DNA of 64,000 bases from positions 192,001-256,000 of the forward strand of contig JAVLKG010000004.1 of NCBI GenBank assembly GCA_032128875.1, written 5' to 3'. Shown here in pieces: positions 49,253 to 58,039 of this stretch; position 1 is the first letter of the stretch, and each line of letters starts with the position of its first letter. This stretch comes from Candidatus Melainabacteria bacterium 17Bon1m (GTDB taxonomy: Bacteria; Cyanobacteriota; Vampirovibrionia; Obscuribacterales; Obscuribacteraceae). The notes below the pieces were generated by a model. It was not told the origin of the DNA, did not search any database, and was given only the letters and a program-made list of their open reading frames with translations. The position numbers and the translations under genes were made by a program.

Positions 49253-49504
49253 ATGTTTAGAGATTCAGCTCAATCAAAGGCTGCTTTGCGTTTTCTACGG
49301 CTGCTTTTCTATGCGCGGCAAGATGATCGCAATGGTGGAGGGCTCAAACCGCAAGATTTGTTCGAGCGCTCTGGAATGAGTAATGTGCGTGAAATGGAAG
49401 AAGTGGTGAAGATTTTGCGCGCAAATAAGATGATGGGTGCTTCCAATCGTGCCTTTGTCATTACTCAAGAAGGTATCGATTACCTCCTAAGAAACGAGCA
49501 TTGA
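49253..49504 (+). CDS. Small hypothetical protein, winged-helix-like
   Basis: Helix-helix-helix-hairpin pattern ending FVITQEGIDYL. Confidence 0.65.
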   Translation: MFRDSAQSKAALRFLRLLFYARQDDRNGGGLKPQDLFERSGMSNVREMEEVVKILRANKMMGASNRAFVITQEGIDYLLRNEH

Positions 49505-49551
49505 TTACTGGAGTGACCTTGATTGCTTAGGAGAAACGAGCAATTGCTTAG

Positions 49552-49581
49552 AAAAAGAAGGTCGCCGGAGTGCCGGCGACC
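49552..49581 (-). terminator. Intrinsic terminator for the copper-storage gene
   Basis: GGTCGCCGG-(4)-CCGGCGACC 9-bp stem followed on the minus strand by TTCTTTTT. Confidence 0.75.
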
Positions 49582-49644
49582 CTCGCTCTATCTGTGGTTT
49601 CGAACTTTGGTTTGTGCCTCAGTTTGAAACGTTTTTTTGATTGC

Positions 49645-50091
49645 TTACTTGCAGCAGTCCTTGCCGCCACCGGCTTTCACCGTGTTGGTGCAAGCGTCTG
49701 CGCAAACATTGCACTGATCGATGCAGTCCTTGAGGGCTTCATCTTTCTGATCTGCACACACCTTGGCGCACTTCTTGCAGGCTTCTGCGCAAGCAGAGGC
49801 GAGTTTGGTTGCCAGTGAAGATCCACGAGTTTTTAGATCTGCGCTGGCTTTGCACAAAGTGATGCAATCTTTGACTGTGTTTATTGTGGCTTCGCTCGCA
49901 CCCTTGCTTTTCAAATGTTCTAATGCCTTTTCGCAGGCTTCGGCGCATTTGTTGCATTCAGTTGCGCAGGTTGCGTGTTTTGCAGCATCTGCAATCTTGA
50001 TGCCGTTGCTGTTGCCGCTGTTGGCAAACGCTACGGATGTTGTGAAAAACGCCATGGCCAAAGCCAATACGGTCAAATAAAAGCCTTTCAT
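49645..50091 (-). CDS. Four-helix-bundle copper-binding/storage protein (Csp/DUF326 family), Sec signal
   Basis: Three CxxxCxxCxxxC motifs plus CxxxC and a terminal CC (16 Cys); AAGGAG RBS; signal ending AFA. Confidence 0.9.
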   Translation of the reverse strand: MKGFYLTVLALAMAFFTTSVAFANSGNSNGIKIADAAKHATCATECNKCAEACEKALEHLKSKGASEATINTVKDCITLCKASADLKTRGSSLATKLASACAEACKKCAKVCADQKDEALKDCIDQCNVCADACTNTVKAGGGKDCCK

Positions 50092-50099
50092 TGCTTTTC

Positions 50100-50165
50100 T
50101 CCTTTTGAATGAATATTTAGAGAGTGACTGTCTGTGGAGGTTTTCAGCTCTCTAAATCAAAAGGA
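50100..50165 (-). promoter_or_regulatory. RBS-sequestering stem-loop formed by the end of the upstream ORF
   Basis: mRNA UCCUUUUGAUUUAGAGAG (50165-50148) pairs with CUCUCUAAA(uauucau)UCAAAAGGA (50124-50100), covering the csp SD. Confidence 0.75.
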
Positions 50166-50553
50166 CCCTCAGCTCGAGGTACCGCTTGTTTTTCGAATGC
50201 ACCTGTTTTACTGGTTTTCTAAAGATTGGTTGAACCGCAGCAAGGCGAACCATGTGCGCGGTAGGCGTCCAAACGGGCGCGTTATATGGTACTTGCGCGT
50301 TTTTAGCTTGTTTGACTGTGACATCAGTGCGATCGACTGCCAGATTTGTCGGGCTGGACTCCTGACAGCAGTCCGCCATTTGCGAGCACATGCAGCTATC
50401 GGATTCTGAAGCAGACTGTGCCGCTGTCGCAGACTCAACTGCCGGCTTTATGCAGCAAGAATTCTGACTTGCCACAGCAGGCAGTATCGTCAAACTGAGA
50501 AAACTCAGTAACGCTAGTAAGAAGTTGATGCTCGGTCTTGTGATGTTGTTCAT
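50152..50553 (-). CDS. Cys-rich exported leader-type protein upstream of the copper-storage gene
   Basis: Signal peptide (LPAVA-S); CC and CxC-x5-CC clusters; Pro-containing linker; basic/hydrophobic C-terminus RYLELRVLLI. Confidence 0.75.
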   Translation of the reverse strand: MNNITRPSINFLLALLSFLSLTILPAVASQNSCCIKPAVESATAAQSASESDSCMCSQMADCCQESSPTNLAVDRTDVTVKQAKNAQVPYNAPVWTPTAHMVRLAAVQPIFRKPVKQVHSKNKRYLELRVLLI

Positions 50554-50775
50554 GAAATCCGAACGGACGTAATCCGAGTGACGAGATTCCTGTCTTCATG
50601 ATACCCGCCGAAAGCCCAATTTTTGTAGCTTTCTGGCGATTGGTTGTCTTGGCATCATGGGGCTGAGCTGACGACCACCTGAGCATATGTAGATGCAGGG
50701 TTTTTCGAACATGTTCCCGCCCTGTAAACTAGCGAGATCGAATAATGGAATTCCTTAGACCGAGGGAGTCGCCGT

Positions 50776-52323
50776 ATGGGATTTTTGTGCTTGCGTCCGA
50801 TAAAGTCCGTTTTGCCGGTATTGCTGGCTGTCGGCGCAGTCACTGTCACGCTGCCTGCCGCCTCAGGGCAGCCGATTACTCCTTCTGATATTGAAGCTGG
50901 CGCTTCCTCTCTCGACCAGCAAGCCGTATTTCAACGGCAGACTACAAGCTCTAACCCCGGAACCACCGGCGGAGGCAGCGCTACGGATAGCGACAATGCT
51001 ATTGAAGTTGGGGATTATGCTCGTGCTGAGTCAGTCGCCTCGGAGCGATTAAAAACGGTGAAAGGCGGTGTTGCTGAAATAGCTTTGCGTTTGTCCCTTA
51101 TCGAAGCAAGAATGTGGCAAGGCAAATTTCAGACTCTGCCGAAAGAATTGAAGATTGTCAGTTCTATGCTCAGCAAGACTGAAAATGTTTCTCCAAATTT
51201 GATAGCGCGTTACCTGGATGATCAATCGTGGATAACGCAGATTGGCGGAGATCCTGTGAAGGCAGAAGCGCAGGCTCGAGAGGCTATCGACAATTGGAAG
51301 AAGGCGCAGCAAACCGACGTCTCTTTTCTTTGTGGTGGCATCGATCACCTAGCTCAGTTGCTTGAAGACAGAGGTGCATTTGCTGAAGCGGCAAAGTGGT
51401 ATCAAGAATCCTTAGCACTGCATTCGAAAGTGCAAGGACCACGTTCTGTCGCTGCAGCCAATCAAATGGAAAAACTTGGAGCACTTGCTTTTAGAAACGG
51501 CAATCAGGCTTTAGCGCAAAAGATGTATGGCGATGCGCTATCAATCAAGGAAGGCACGAGAGCAGTTTTTCAACAGTTTGCTCCGCAAAGAGCAGAAGAT
51601 GCCGTCTTCTATAGATTTCTGCCGGGCGCCCCCAACGCCTCTCGCGAGACAGCAGACGGTGTTACACGCGAGAAAATAACTGCCAATGGAGTCACTGTCG
51701 AAGCTGCGCTTCTGACTAAAGGGGCTGATGTGCTGAAGAACTGCAAAGCAATGGTGCGTATTACTAATAATGGTGACTCGCCAATTAGCGTTCTTCCTCA
51801 AGGACCGGATTTGATCATTTTGAAGCCGAAGATTCAGCTGGCAAGGCAAGTACAAGGTGAGTCGCTTGCACAATCTATCGAGAAGAAAGGTGAGGGAAAA
51901 GCGAAATGGATTCGCTTTTGGGGCTCGCAAGCGACCACGACATCAACAACCAATATTCTCGCAAACGGCGGAGGATTCTACCCCTACGGCGGATTTATGT
52001 CGCCGAATTTTGGCTATGGCGGTCCAATGGGCTACGGAGGCAACTCCTGGTACAACAACAGCGGCGGCATGACGACAATGGTTACGAGCGTTCCGGACTT
52101 TCAAGCTCGTGAGCGTGCTTATCAACGCGCGCAGGCAGTATCGGAGCAAACGCAGCGTCAGGCCGCAGATGTTCGGGACAGCCAGTTGGGACCTACAACA
52201 TTGAATCCGATGGGGCGCATTGTCGGTTGTCTGTACTATGACCAGAACAATTTCGATGAGGCGACTCTGCGTATTCCCGTTGGAAAAGCAGTGTTCGAGT
52301 TCAGGTTCTACCATTTGCGATAA
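50776..52323 (+). CDS. Secreted TPR protein with C-terminal beta-rich and Gly/Tyr-rich region
   Basis: GAGGGAG RBS; signal peptide; TPRs (AEAAKWYQESLAL, AQKMYGDALSI). Confidence 0.82.
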   Translation: MGFLCLRPIKSVLPVLLAVGAVTVTLPAASGQPITPSDIEAGASSLDQQAVFQRQTTSSNPGTTGGGSATDSDNAIEVGDYARAESVASERLKTVKGGVAEIALRLSLIEARMWQGKFQTLPKELKIVSSMLSKTENVSPNLIARYLDDQSWITQIGGDPVKAEAQAREAIDNWKKAQQTDVSFLCGGIDHLAQLLEDRGAFAEAAKWYQESLALHSKVQGPRSVAAANQMEKLGALAFRNGNQALAQKMYGDALSIKEGTRAVFQQFAPQRAEDAVFYRFLPGAPNASRETADGVTREKITANGVTVEAALLTKGADVLKNCKAMVRITNNGDSPISVLPQGPDLIILKPKIQLARQVQGESLAQSIEKKGEGKAKWIRFWGSQATTTSTTNILANGGGFYPYGGFMSPNFGYGGPMGYGGNSWYNNSGGMTTMVTSVPDFQARERAYQRAQAVSEQTQRQAADVRDSQLGPTTLNPMGRIVGCLYYDQNNFDEATLRIPVGKAVFEFRFYHLR

Positions 52324-52514
52324 ACGCCGAAAACGCTGCAGCCATAACCGTTTTACATAGGTAACGTTGATAGTTATGTGGCAAGTGAGTTGCTGGTAAG
52401 TAACGTTATCGCTTGAGAGCGTATGCAACCGCACATTAATCTGCCAAACTAAAGACGGCCTGAATGTGGGTCGTTTGAGCGTCCTCTCTGTCCCCCGGCT
52501 CAAAGCCCCGCTCA

Positions 52515-53219
52515 ATGGAGATGGAAATGAATCCGTTATTCCTGCTTGGCGCAGCCACCGTCGGTGTTGTCGGCTATACGCTGAAGACGTTGGGACGCAA
52601 TGATGTCCTGGAAAACCCTTTTCCAATTCGGGTTTGCGGTGATAGAGACGCCGTATTCAAGGCTGTCGAAGAAGCCCTGAAGAATTTCGGCGGTAACGCC
52701 TGGGTGTGGACAATCGTAGAGAAAAGCGCGCCGGCTGGCATTCTGAAAGCCGAATGTCTTTGCACACAAAGGGATGAGCGCCCAATCAAGCTCGCTGTTA
52801 ATTTCGACAAAACAACGTCTTCCATTTTATTGAAGTTCGAAGTGCAAGCATTGTTCAATCGAAACAATGCCAATAAAGTTCTAGAGCGCACGCAAAAGGC
52901 GATTATGTTTTCGCTCGATTCTATGTTCGACGAACACATCAATGATCCTATGCTTTCGATAGAAAAGCTTTTGCTCCTTTTGCAAGAGAATATTGGCGGC
53001 AAGCGTCTCTTGTCTGATCGCCAGTATGCAGACGTGAAGCTGGAGATCGAGCATCGAGCACAAGCGACTCTTTCGCCGGGTGCTGAAATTACAGTCGGTA
53101 ACTATTGCGTCAAAGTGCTCTCCAATAGAAGAGTGCGCGTAGGTAAAGTGCGACCGATAAAGGTTGAAGAGCCTGTGAAAGAAGCTGATGAGTCAGCTAT
53201 TCCTTCGTCAAAACACTAA
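52515..53219 (+). CDS. Hypothetical protein with N-terminal membrane anchor
   Basis: 234-aa ORF with hydrophobic N-terminus; start may be 52527 (GGAG upstream). Confidence 0.7.
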   Translation: MEMEMNPLFLLGAATVGVVGYTLKTLGRNDVLENPFPIRVCGDRDAVFKAVEEALKNFGGNAWVWTIVEKSAPAGILKAECLCTQRDERPIKLAVNFDKTTSSILLKFEVQALFNRNNANKVLERTQKAIMFSLDSMFDEHINDPMLSIEKLLLLLQENIGGKRLLSDRQYADVKLEIEHRAQATLSPGAEITVGNYCVKVLSNRRVRVGKVRPIKVEEPVKEADESAIPSSKH

Positions 53220-53227
53220 GAGTCTGC

Positions 53228-53923
53228 TTAGCGTTCAATGTAATTGAAGGAAGAGTCTTCGCTTTGGCTGCGGAAGCTCATTATCTTCACGAGTATGAGT
53301 CCGGCAATAAAGCCGCCAACGTGTGCCCACCATGCCACGCCACCCTCTTCCCCTGGCTCTTTTGCGATACTCGCAAAGCCGGTGAAAAACTGCGAAATGA
53401 ACCAAAAGCCCAGATAGACTGAGGCGGGAATTTCGACCAGTCGAATAACGATGAAAATGGGAATCGCTGTGAGAACTCTGGCGGTTGGATAACTGATGAT
53501 ATAACCGCCCAGCACTCCGGCGATCGCGCCTGAGGCACCAATCGTCGGAACTGCGCTCCCTTGCGACATAAATACCTGTGTCAGACCAGCACAAACGCCG
53601 CACAGCAGGTAGAAAATGAAATATCCGAAGTGTCCGAGCTTGTCTTCTATGTTGTCGCCAAAAATAAATAGCGCCCACATGTTGCTAATCAGGTGCATCC
53701 AGCCACCATGCAGGAACATACAACTGAAGAGCGTGAAGACTTGATAGGGACCGAATTGTTGGAGAAAATCTTCCGGCACGAGCCCGAAATTTTTGAGAAA
53801 AGCGCTCAAGTCCTGGTCGCCAAGCGAAACCTCAAAGAGGAACAAGAGCACATTGATCGCGATGATCAAGTAGGTGACGAAAGGAATTGTGCCCGAGGGC
53901 TGTGAGTCTCTGAGCGGAAACAT
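53228..53923 (-). CDS. Rhomboid-family intramembrane serine protease
   Basis: MFLHGGWMHLISNM, GASGA, AWWAHVGG; start ATG 53923 (MFPLRD). Confidence 0.95.
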   Translation of the reverse strand: MFPLRDSQPSGTIPFVTYLIIAINVLLFLFEVSLGDQDLSAFLKNFGLVPEDFLQQFGPYQVFTLFSCMFLHGGWMHLISNMWALFIFGDNIEDKLGHFGYFIFYLLCGVCAGLTQVFMSQGSAVPTIGASGAIAGVLGGYIISYPTARVLTAIPIFIVIRLVEIPASVYLGFWFISQFFTGFASIAKEPGEEGGVAWWAHVGGFIAGLILVKIMSFRSQSEDSSFNYIER

Positions 53924-54059
53924 TGCAGGTGATAATTGGGCCAAACTGTTTATTCAAAGACTACAGCATTAGGATGCTTTGGAGTAGAATTGGCGACCTG
54001 TCTAACTGTTTAACTGTTACCTGCCTATCTGACTATTTGCCTAAAGAGGACCACGCGCT

Positions 54060-55715
54060 ATGGTTGCCAGTGAAAAGCTTGTGCACACGAGTGACACGCA
54101 TACCGTCACCAATCAACCACCGGCTTTGCAAGATTACAATCTTTATTCGAGAGACAAGGCGCTCGTCGAGTGTATGACGAAAGAAGGCGCCGGGTGGGCG
54201 GACGAACGACTAAAAGCTTTCGGACAGCTGATTGGAAGAGAAGAGACAATCAAACTGGGTTATCTGGCAAACGAGCATACGCCAGTTTTGAAAACTCACG
54301 ATCGTTTTGGGCATCGCATCGATGAAGTCGAGTTTCATCCAGCGTGGCATCAATTGCTTTCGATGTCGCTAGAGAATCGTCTGACTAATTTGCCTTGGGT
54401 TGAGCCGAAATCTGGTGCGCATGTGGCACGCGCTGCGATGATGTATTTGATGGTGCAAGTGGAAGCCGGGCACATGTGTCCTGTTTCTATGACCTTTTCG
54501 TGTGTACCGGCTTTGAAGAAGCAGCCGGATGTTTTGGCTGCTTTTGAGTCGGCTCTTATGTCCAACCAATACGATTCGCGATTCATTCCTGCCGGTCAGA
54601 AGCGCGGACTGCTTGTTGGCATGTCGATGACTGAGAAGCAGGGTGGCTCTGACGTTCGCGCCAATACTACTGAAGCCAAGCCGGTCAACTCCAGAGGTCC
54701 AGGGCAGTTGTATGAACTGAAAGGACACAAGTGGTTTTGCTCGCATCCAATGTCGGATGCCTTCGTTATGCTGGCGCAGACTGAAGGCGGGCTTTCTTGC
54801 TTTCTTGTCCCCAGATTTTCTCCTTCAGGGGAGCGCAACCAAATACGGTTGCAGCGCTTGAAGAGCAAATTAGGAAATAGATCCAACGCCAGTGCGGAAA
54901 TAGAGCTCGAGAATGCTCAAGGTTGGCTTATAAACGAAGAAGGCAGAGGTGTTGCCACCATTATTGAAATGGTCAGTCACACCCGCCTGGATTGCGCCCT
55001 GTCATCAGCCGGTTTGATGCGCCAGGCTTTGACTCAGGCGTTGCACCATGTTCAATACCGCTCGGCGTTTAAAAAACGCTTGATAGAGCATGAATTGATG
55101 CGCAATGTTTTGTGTGATCTTGCTTTGGAATCCGAGGCGGCGACAGTTCTTACGATGCGCTTGGCTCGTGCTTATGATGCCGGTCAATCTGATAAGAAAG
55201 AAGGTCTCTTTCGCAGAATTGCAACCGCTGTTGCGAAGTATTGGATTTGCAAGCGTGCTCCTTCACATGTCTATGAATGTTTGGAAACACTTGGTGGCAA
55301 TGGATATGTCGAGGAATCTCTGATGCCACGACTTTATCGCGAAGCGCCGGTCAATTCTGTTTGGGAAGGTTCGGGCAATGTTATTTGTCTGGACGTTCTG
55401 CGCGCGCTGACGAATGAGCCTGAAACTGCTGTAGTCCTTCTGGACGAGATAAAGCAAGTTGCCGGACAAAACAAAGAGCTTGATGCACAAATCACAAAGG
55501 CCGAATTACTAATAGCCCGCAAATCTGAACGAGAAGCCCGTCAGATGGTTGAGCAATTGGCGGTTTTACTCCAAGCTAAGCTTTTAATCGAGTCGGCTCC
55601 CAGTCCTGTTGCTGACGCTTTCATCGAAAGTCGAATAAAGGGTGGTTGGGGCAGAACATTTGGCACGCTTTCGTCCCATACAGAAACTGCAGCCATACTT
55701 GAGCGCGCGTTTTGA
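54060..55715 (+). CDS. aidB: Acyl-CoA dehydrogenase family protein AidB
   Basis: THTVTNQPP, EAGHMCPVSMT, MTEKQGGSDV, GHKWFCS, LGNRSNAS, REAPVNSVWEGSGNV. Confidence 0.92.
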   Translation: MVASEKLVHTSDTHTVTNQPPALQDYNLYSRDKALVECMTKEGAGWADERLKAFGQLIGREETIKLGYLANEHTPVLKTHDRFGHRIDEVEFHPAWHQLLSMSLENRLTNLPWVEPKSGAHVARAAMMYLMVQVEAGHMCPVSMTFSCVPALKKQPDVLAAFESALMSNQYDSRFIPAGQKRGLLVGMSMTEKQGGSDVRANTTEAKPVNSRGPGQLYELKGHKWFCSHPMSDAFVMLAQTEGGLSCFLVPRFSPSGERNQIRLQRLKSKLGNRSNASAEIELENAQGWLINEEGRGVATIIEMVSHTRLDCALSSAGLMRQALTQALHHVQYRSAFKKRLIEHELMRNVLCDLALESEAATVLTMRLARAYDAGQSDKKEGLFRRIATAVAKYWICKRAPSHVYECLETLGGNGYVEESLMPRLYREAPVNSVWEGSGNVICLDVLRALTNEPETAVVLLDEIKQVAGQNKELDAQITKAELLIARKSEREARQMVEQLAVLLQAKLLIESAPSPVADAFIESRIKGGWGRTFGTLSSHTETAAILERAF

Positions 55716-55761
55716 TGCTCGTCCTAATCTAGTCTAATCAAACTACCCTAACTAAAACTAG

Positions 55762-57180
55762 CTAATCTAAACCGAACTTTTGGCGCGACTGCACGCACGC
55801 TTTGATCAAGTTTGCTAAATCTTGTGCCTCATGGGGGCAACCAGCAACGCCGATTGAAAAACCCACAGTCTCTAAAGATGGTCCGCTCACCAAGACTTCA
55901 ATCAGTCGGCTGGCAAATCGTCTTGCCAAAATGCTATCTGTTTCGGGCAAGATCAAAGCAAAACAATTTGTTTGATAGTGCCCGAGAATATCAGGCTTGC
56001 GTTTTAGTTTTGAAATCAGATTGACCAACTCACGGGCGGCTTGCTGCGGCAGTGGTGAGAGTTTTCCCGAACCATCTTGTGCTTTTGTGCCGATTTGCAA
56101 AAGTAAAAAGCTAAAGGGCTTTCCATACCGCGAACTGCGGTTATATTCCATTTCCAGAAAATACAACAATGCCGGATAACCATAAGCGCCAGTGTCGGCA
56201 CGGATAAGCGAGCGATCGACAGCTTGAGTCATTGTCCAATCGGCTGTTGCTAGCGCCGTGTCCTCACTATTGAGTGGTATTTCTGGTGGTGCAACTAGTT
56301 TTTTCTTGATCAGATTATGCAGAGCAGGCATCCACTCCGCTTTAGTCACATTGAGAGCGACAATGATGTTTTGAACTTGATTGCTTCCATCAATCAACTC
56401 GAAAATATTCTTCTGCAAAGTCCTGCTTATGCCTTGTTCGTTCTGCACCAGCGCCATAAAGTCTTCTTGGCTGATCTCAGCTACCGCGCGCTTCAGCACA
56501 GTCTCGGGAGTCAAGCCCATTTTCGTCAGTTCTACAACGTGGTCATTGAGATATGTGCCTTCCATGATGAGAAGGTCGATGTTCTTCGTCACTGTAATTT
56601 CGGACGAGCCAGGTCCCAGTGCAAATTTGAAATTGCCATTTTGCCAGCCGACCAGTTCGAGAAATGCGTAATCCCCTGTCGTTGAGCCAATTACGCAATG
56701 TGACGGCATGCCTTCGTTGAAGTATAAAACCGCATTTTCTTCTTGCTGTCCTACAATTCGCGAAAGTTCGAGGCAACCGGATGCGTGGTCCGTTGCGATC
56801 AGTCTAACCAAATTGGCGAACTGAAGGCGGCGCAAATCACCGTTGGTGTAGAGCTTAGTCGTGGGCAAAGGCAGGTTGTGACCGGAAGTCGTCTGTTGCC
56901 TTTCTTGTGAAATTTCGTTCCAGTTTTTGAAATCACTGGAGAGCTGCTGCAAGATAACGCGTTGATCGCTGGAGGAGATATTCCAGATGAGAATGGCAGA
57001 ATCGCCATCCAATTTGCGCAGTGTCCATGTGCAAATCGAACCGTTGGGGTCTTTGAAGGAGACGAGCGAATAGGCTTTTGTAGAATTACCAAAGCAAATT
57101 TCACTCGCCGTCCCAGGCGCACGCATTGCATCACGCACCATGTCTGCTAATTGTTCGGCATTGGGCGGGAAGTTCTGCAT
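55762..57180 (-). CDS. DUF4388 domain plus degenerate GGDEF domain protein
   Basis: GDL..FANLVRLI..SGCL..LYFNEG..G.F.F (DUF4388); DTGAYG..LEMEYNRSSRY..RKPD..QTNCFALILPET..FSIGVA (GGDEF fold). Confidence 0.85.
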   Translation of the reverse strand: MQNFPPNAEQLADMVRDAMRAPGTASEICFGNSTKAYSLVSFKDPNGSICTWTLRKLDGDSAILIWNISSSDQRVILQQLSSDFKNWNEISQERQQTTSGHNLPLPTTKLYTNGDLRRLQFANLVRLIATDHASGCLELSRIVGQQEENAVLYFNEGMPSHCVIGSTTGDYAFLELVGWQNGNFKFALGPGSSEITVTKNIDLLIMEGTYLNDHVVELTKMGLTPETVLKRAVAEISQEDFMALVQNEQGISRTLQKNIFELIDGSNQVQNIIVALNVTKAEWMPALHNLIKKKLVAPPEIPLNSEDTALATADWTMTQAVDRSLIRADTGAYGYPALLYFLEMEYNRSSRYGKPFSFLLLQIGTKAQDGSGKLSPLPQQAARELVNLISKLKRKPDILGHYQTNCFALILPETDSILARRFASRLIEVLVSGPSLETVGFSIGVAGCPHEAQDLANLIKACVQSRQKFGLD

Positions 57181-57460
57181 TTTGTTCTGTTGGTGCGCTT
57201 AAGCGCTTGGCAACGCGATTTGTGTTGGGAAAGGCGGGAAATCCTAATCCGGGCGACTGTTTAGCAGTAAGCTTGTGAATCCAGTTTAGCTCAAATTTGA
57301 AAGGAAGGGCGGAAAACTCGCGGCAGTGCGCCACTGGCGCTCTTGACTAGTGGGTGGATGAAAACCTTATCCAGGGTGCTTTTTCAGGTCGCATCTTCAC
57401 AGCCTGTCCTGATTCAGACTACAATGATGCTGTTAAATTCTGGAATCTGGTTACCGAAAT

Positions 57461-58039
57461 ATGAGTCGCGAAATTCTCCCCTGGAGAAAAATTGAGTCCC
57501 ACAAGATAGCCGACTGCAAGGTATTCTCACTCGAACGCAATCGGGCGCTGATGCCGACCGGCGAAGCTAACAGGGCATTTGACTTTTATGTTCTGCACCC
57601 GTCGCATTGGTGCAATGTAATTCCGATAACCGACGATGGACGCGTTGTTTTCATCGAACAGTACCGGCACGGTATCGAAAAAATCACTCTGGAAATTCCT
57701 GGCGGCGCCGTAGATCCCGAAGATCCAAGCTCACAACACGCGGCAGCGCGTGAGCTTTTCGAAGAAACCGGTTATGTCGCAGACGAATTGACATTCATCG
57801 GTCGCAATCATCCCAACCCGGCTTTGCAAAGCAATTTTTGCGACACCTATATTGCACGTGGTGCACAACAGATATGCGAACCGACTTTTAAGGGTGCGGA
57901 AGACATCAAAATTAGGCTCGTCGAGATGGACGAGGTTCCGCATCTGATCGCTTCTGGAACCATCACGCACGCCCTGGTGCTGGTCGCGTTTTATTTCAAA
58001 CAGATTCACGATTTGAAAATTGGCACGCCAAAGATTTAG
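57461..58039 (+). CDS. NUDIX hydrolase (ADP-ribose pyrophosphatase-like)
   Basis: QYRH, LEIPGG..AARELFEETG Nudix box. Confidence 0.93.
   Translation: MSREILPWRKIESHKIADCKVFSLERNRALMPTGEANRAFDFYVLHPSHWCNVIPITDDGRVVFIEQYRHGIEKITLEIPGGAVDPEDPSSQHAAARELFEETGYVADELTFIGRNHPNPALQSNFCDTYIARGAQQICEPTFKGAEDIKIRLVEMDEVPHLIASGTITHALVLVAFYFKQIHDLKIGTPKI

Noticed and set aside
57181-57460. Fragments reminiscent of a cobalamin riboswitch (GGGAA, AATCC, GCCACTG)
   Set aside because: Order and spacing do not fit, the CCCGC-ACTGT core and terminal B12 box are missing, and the flanking genes are unrelated.
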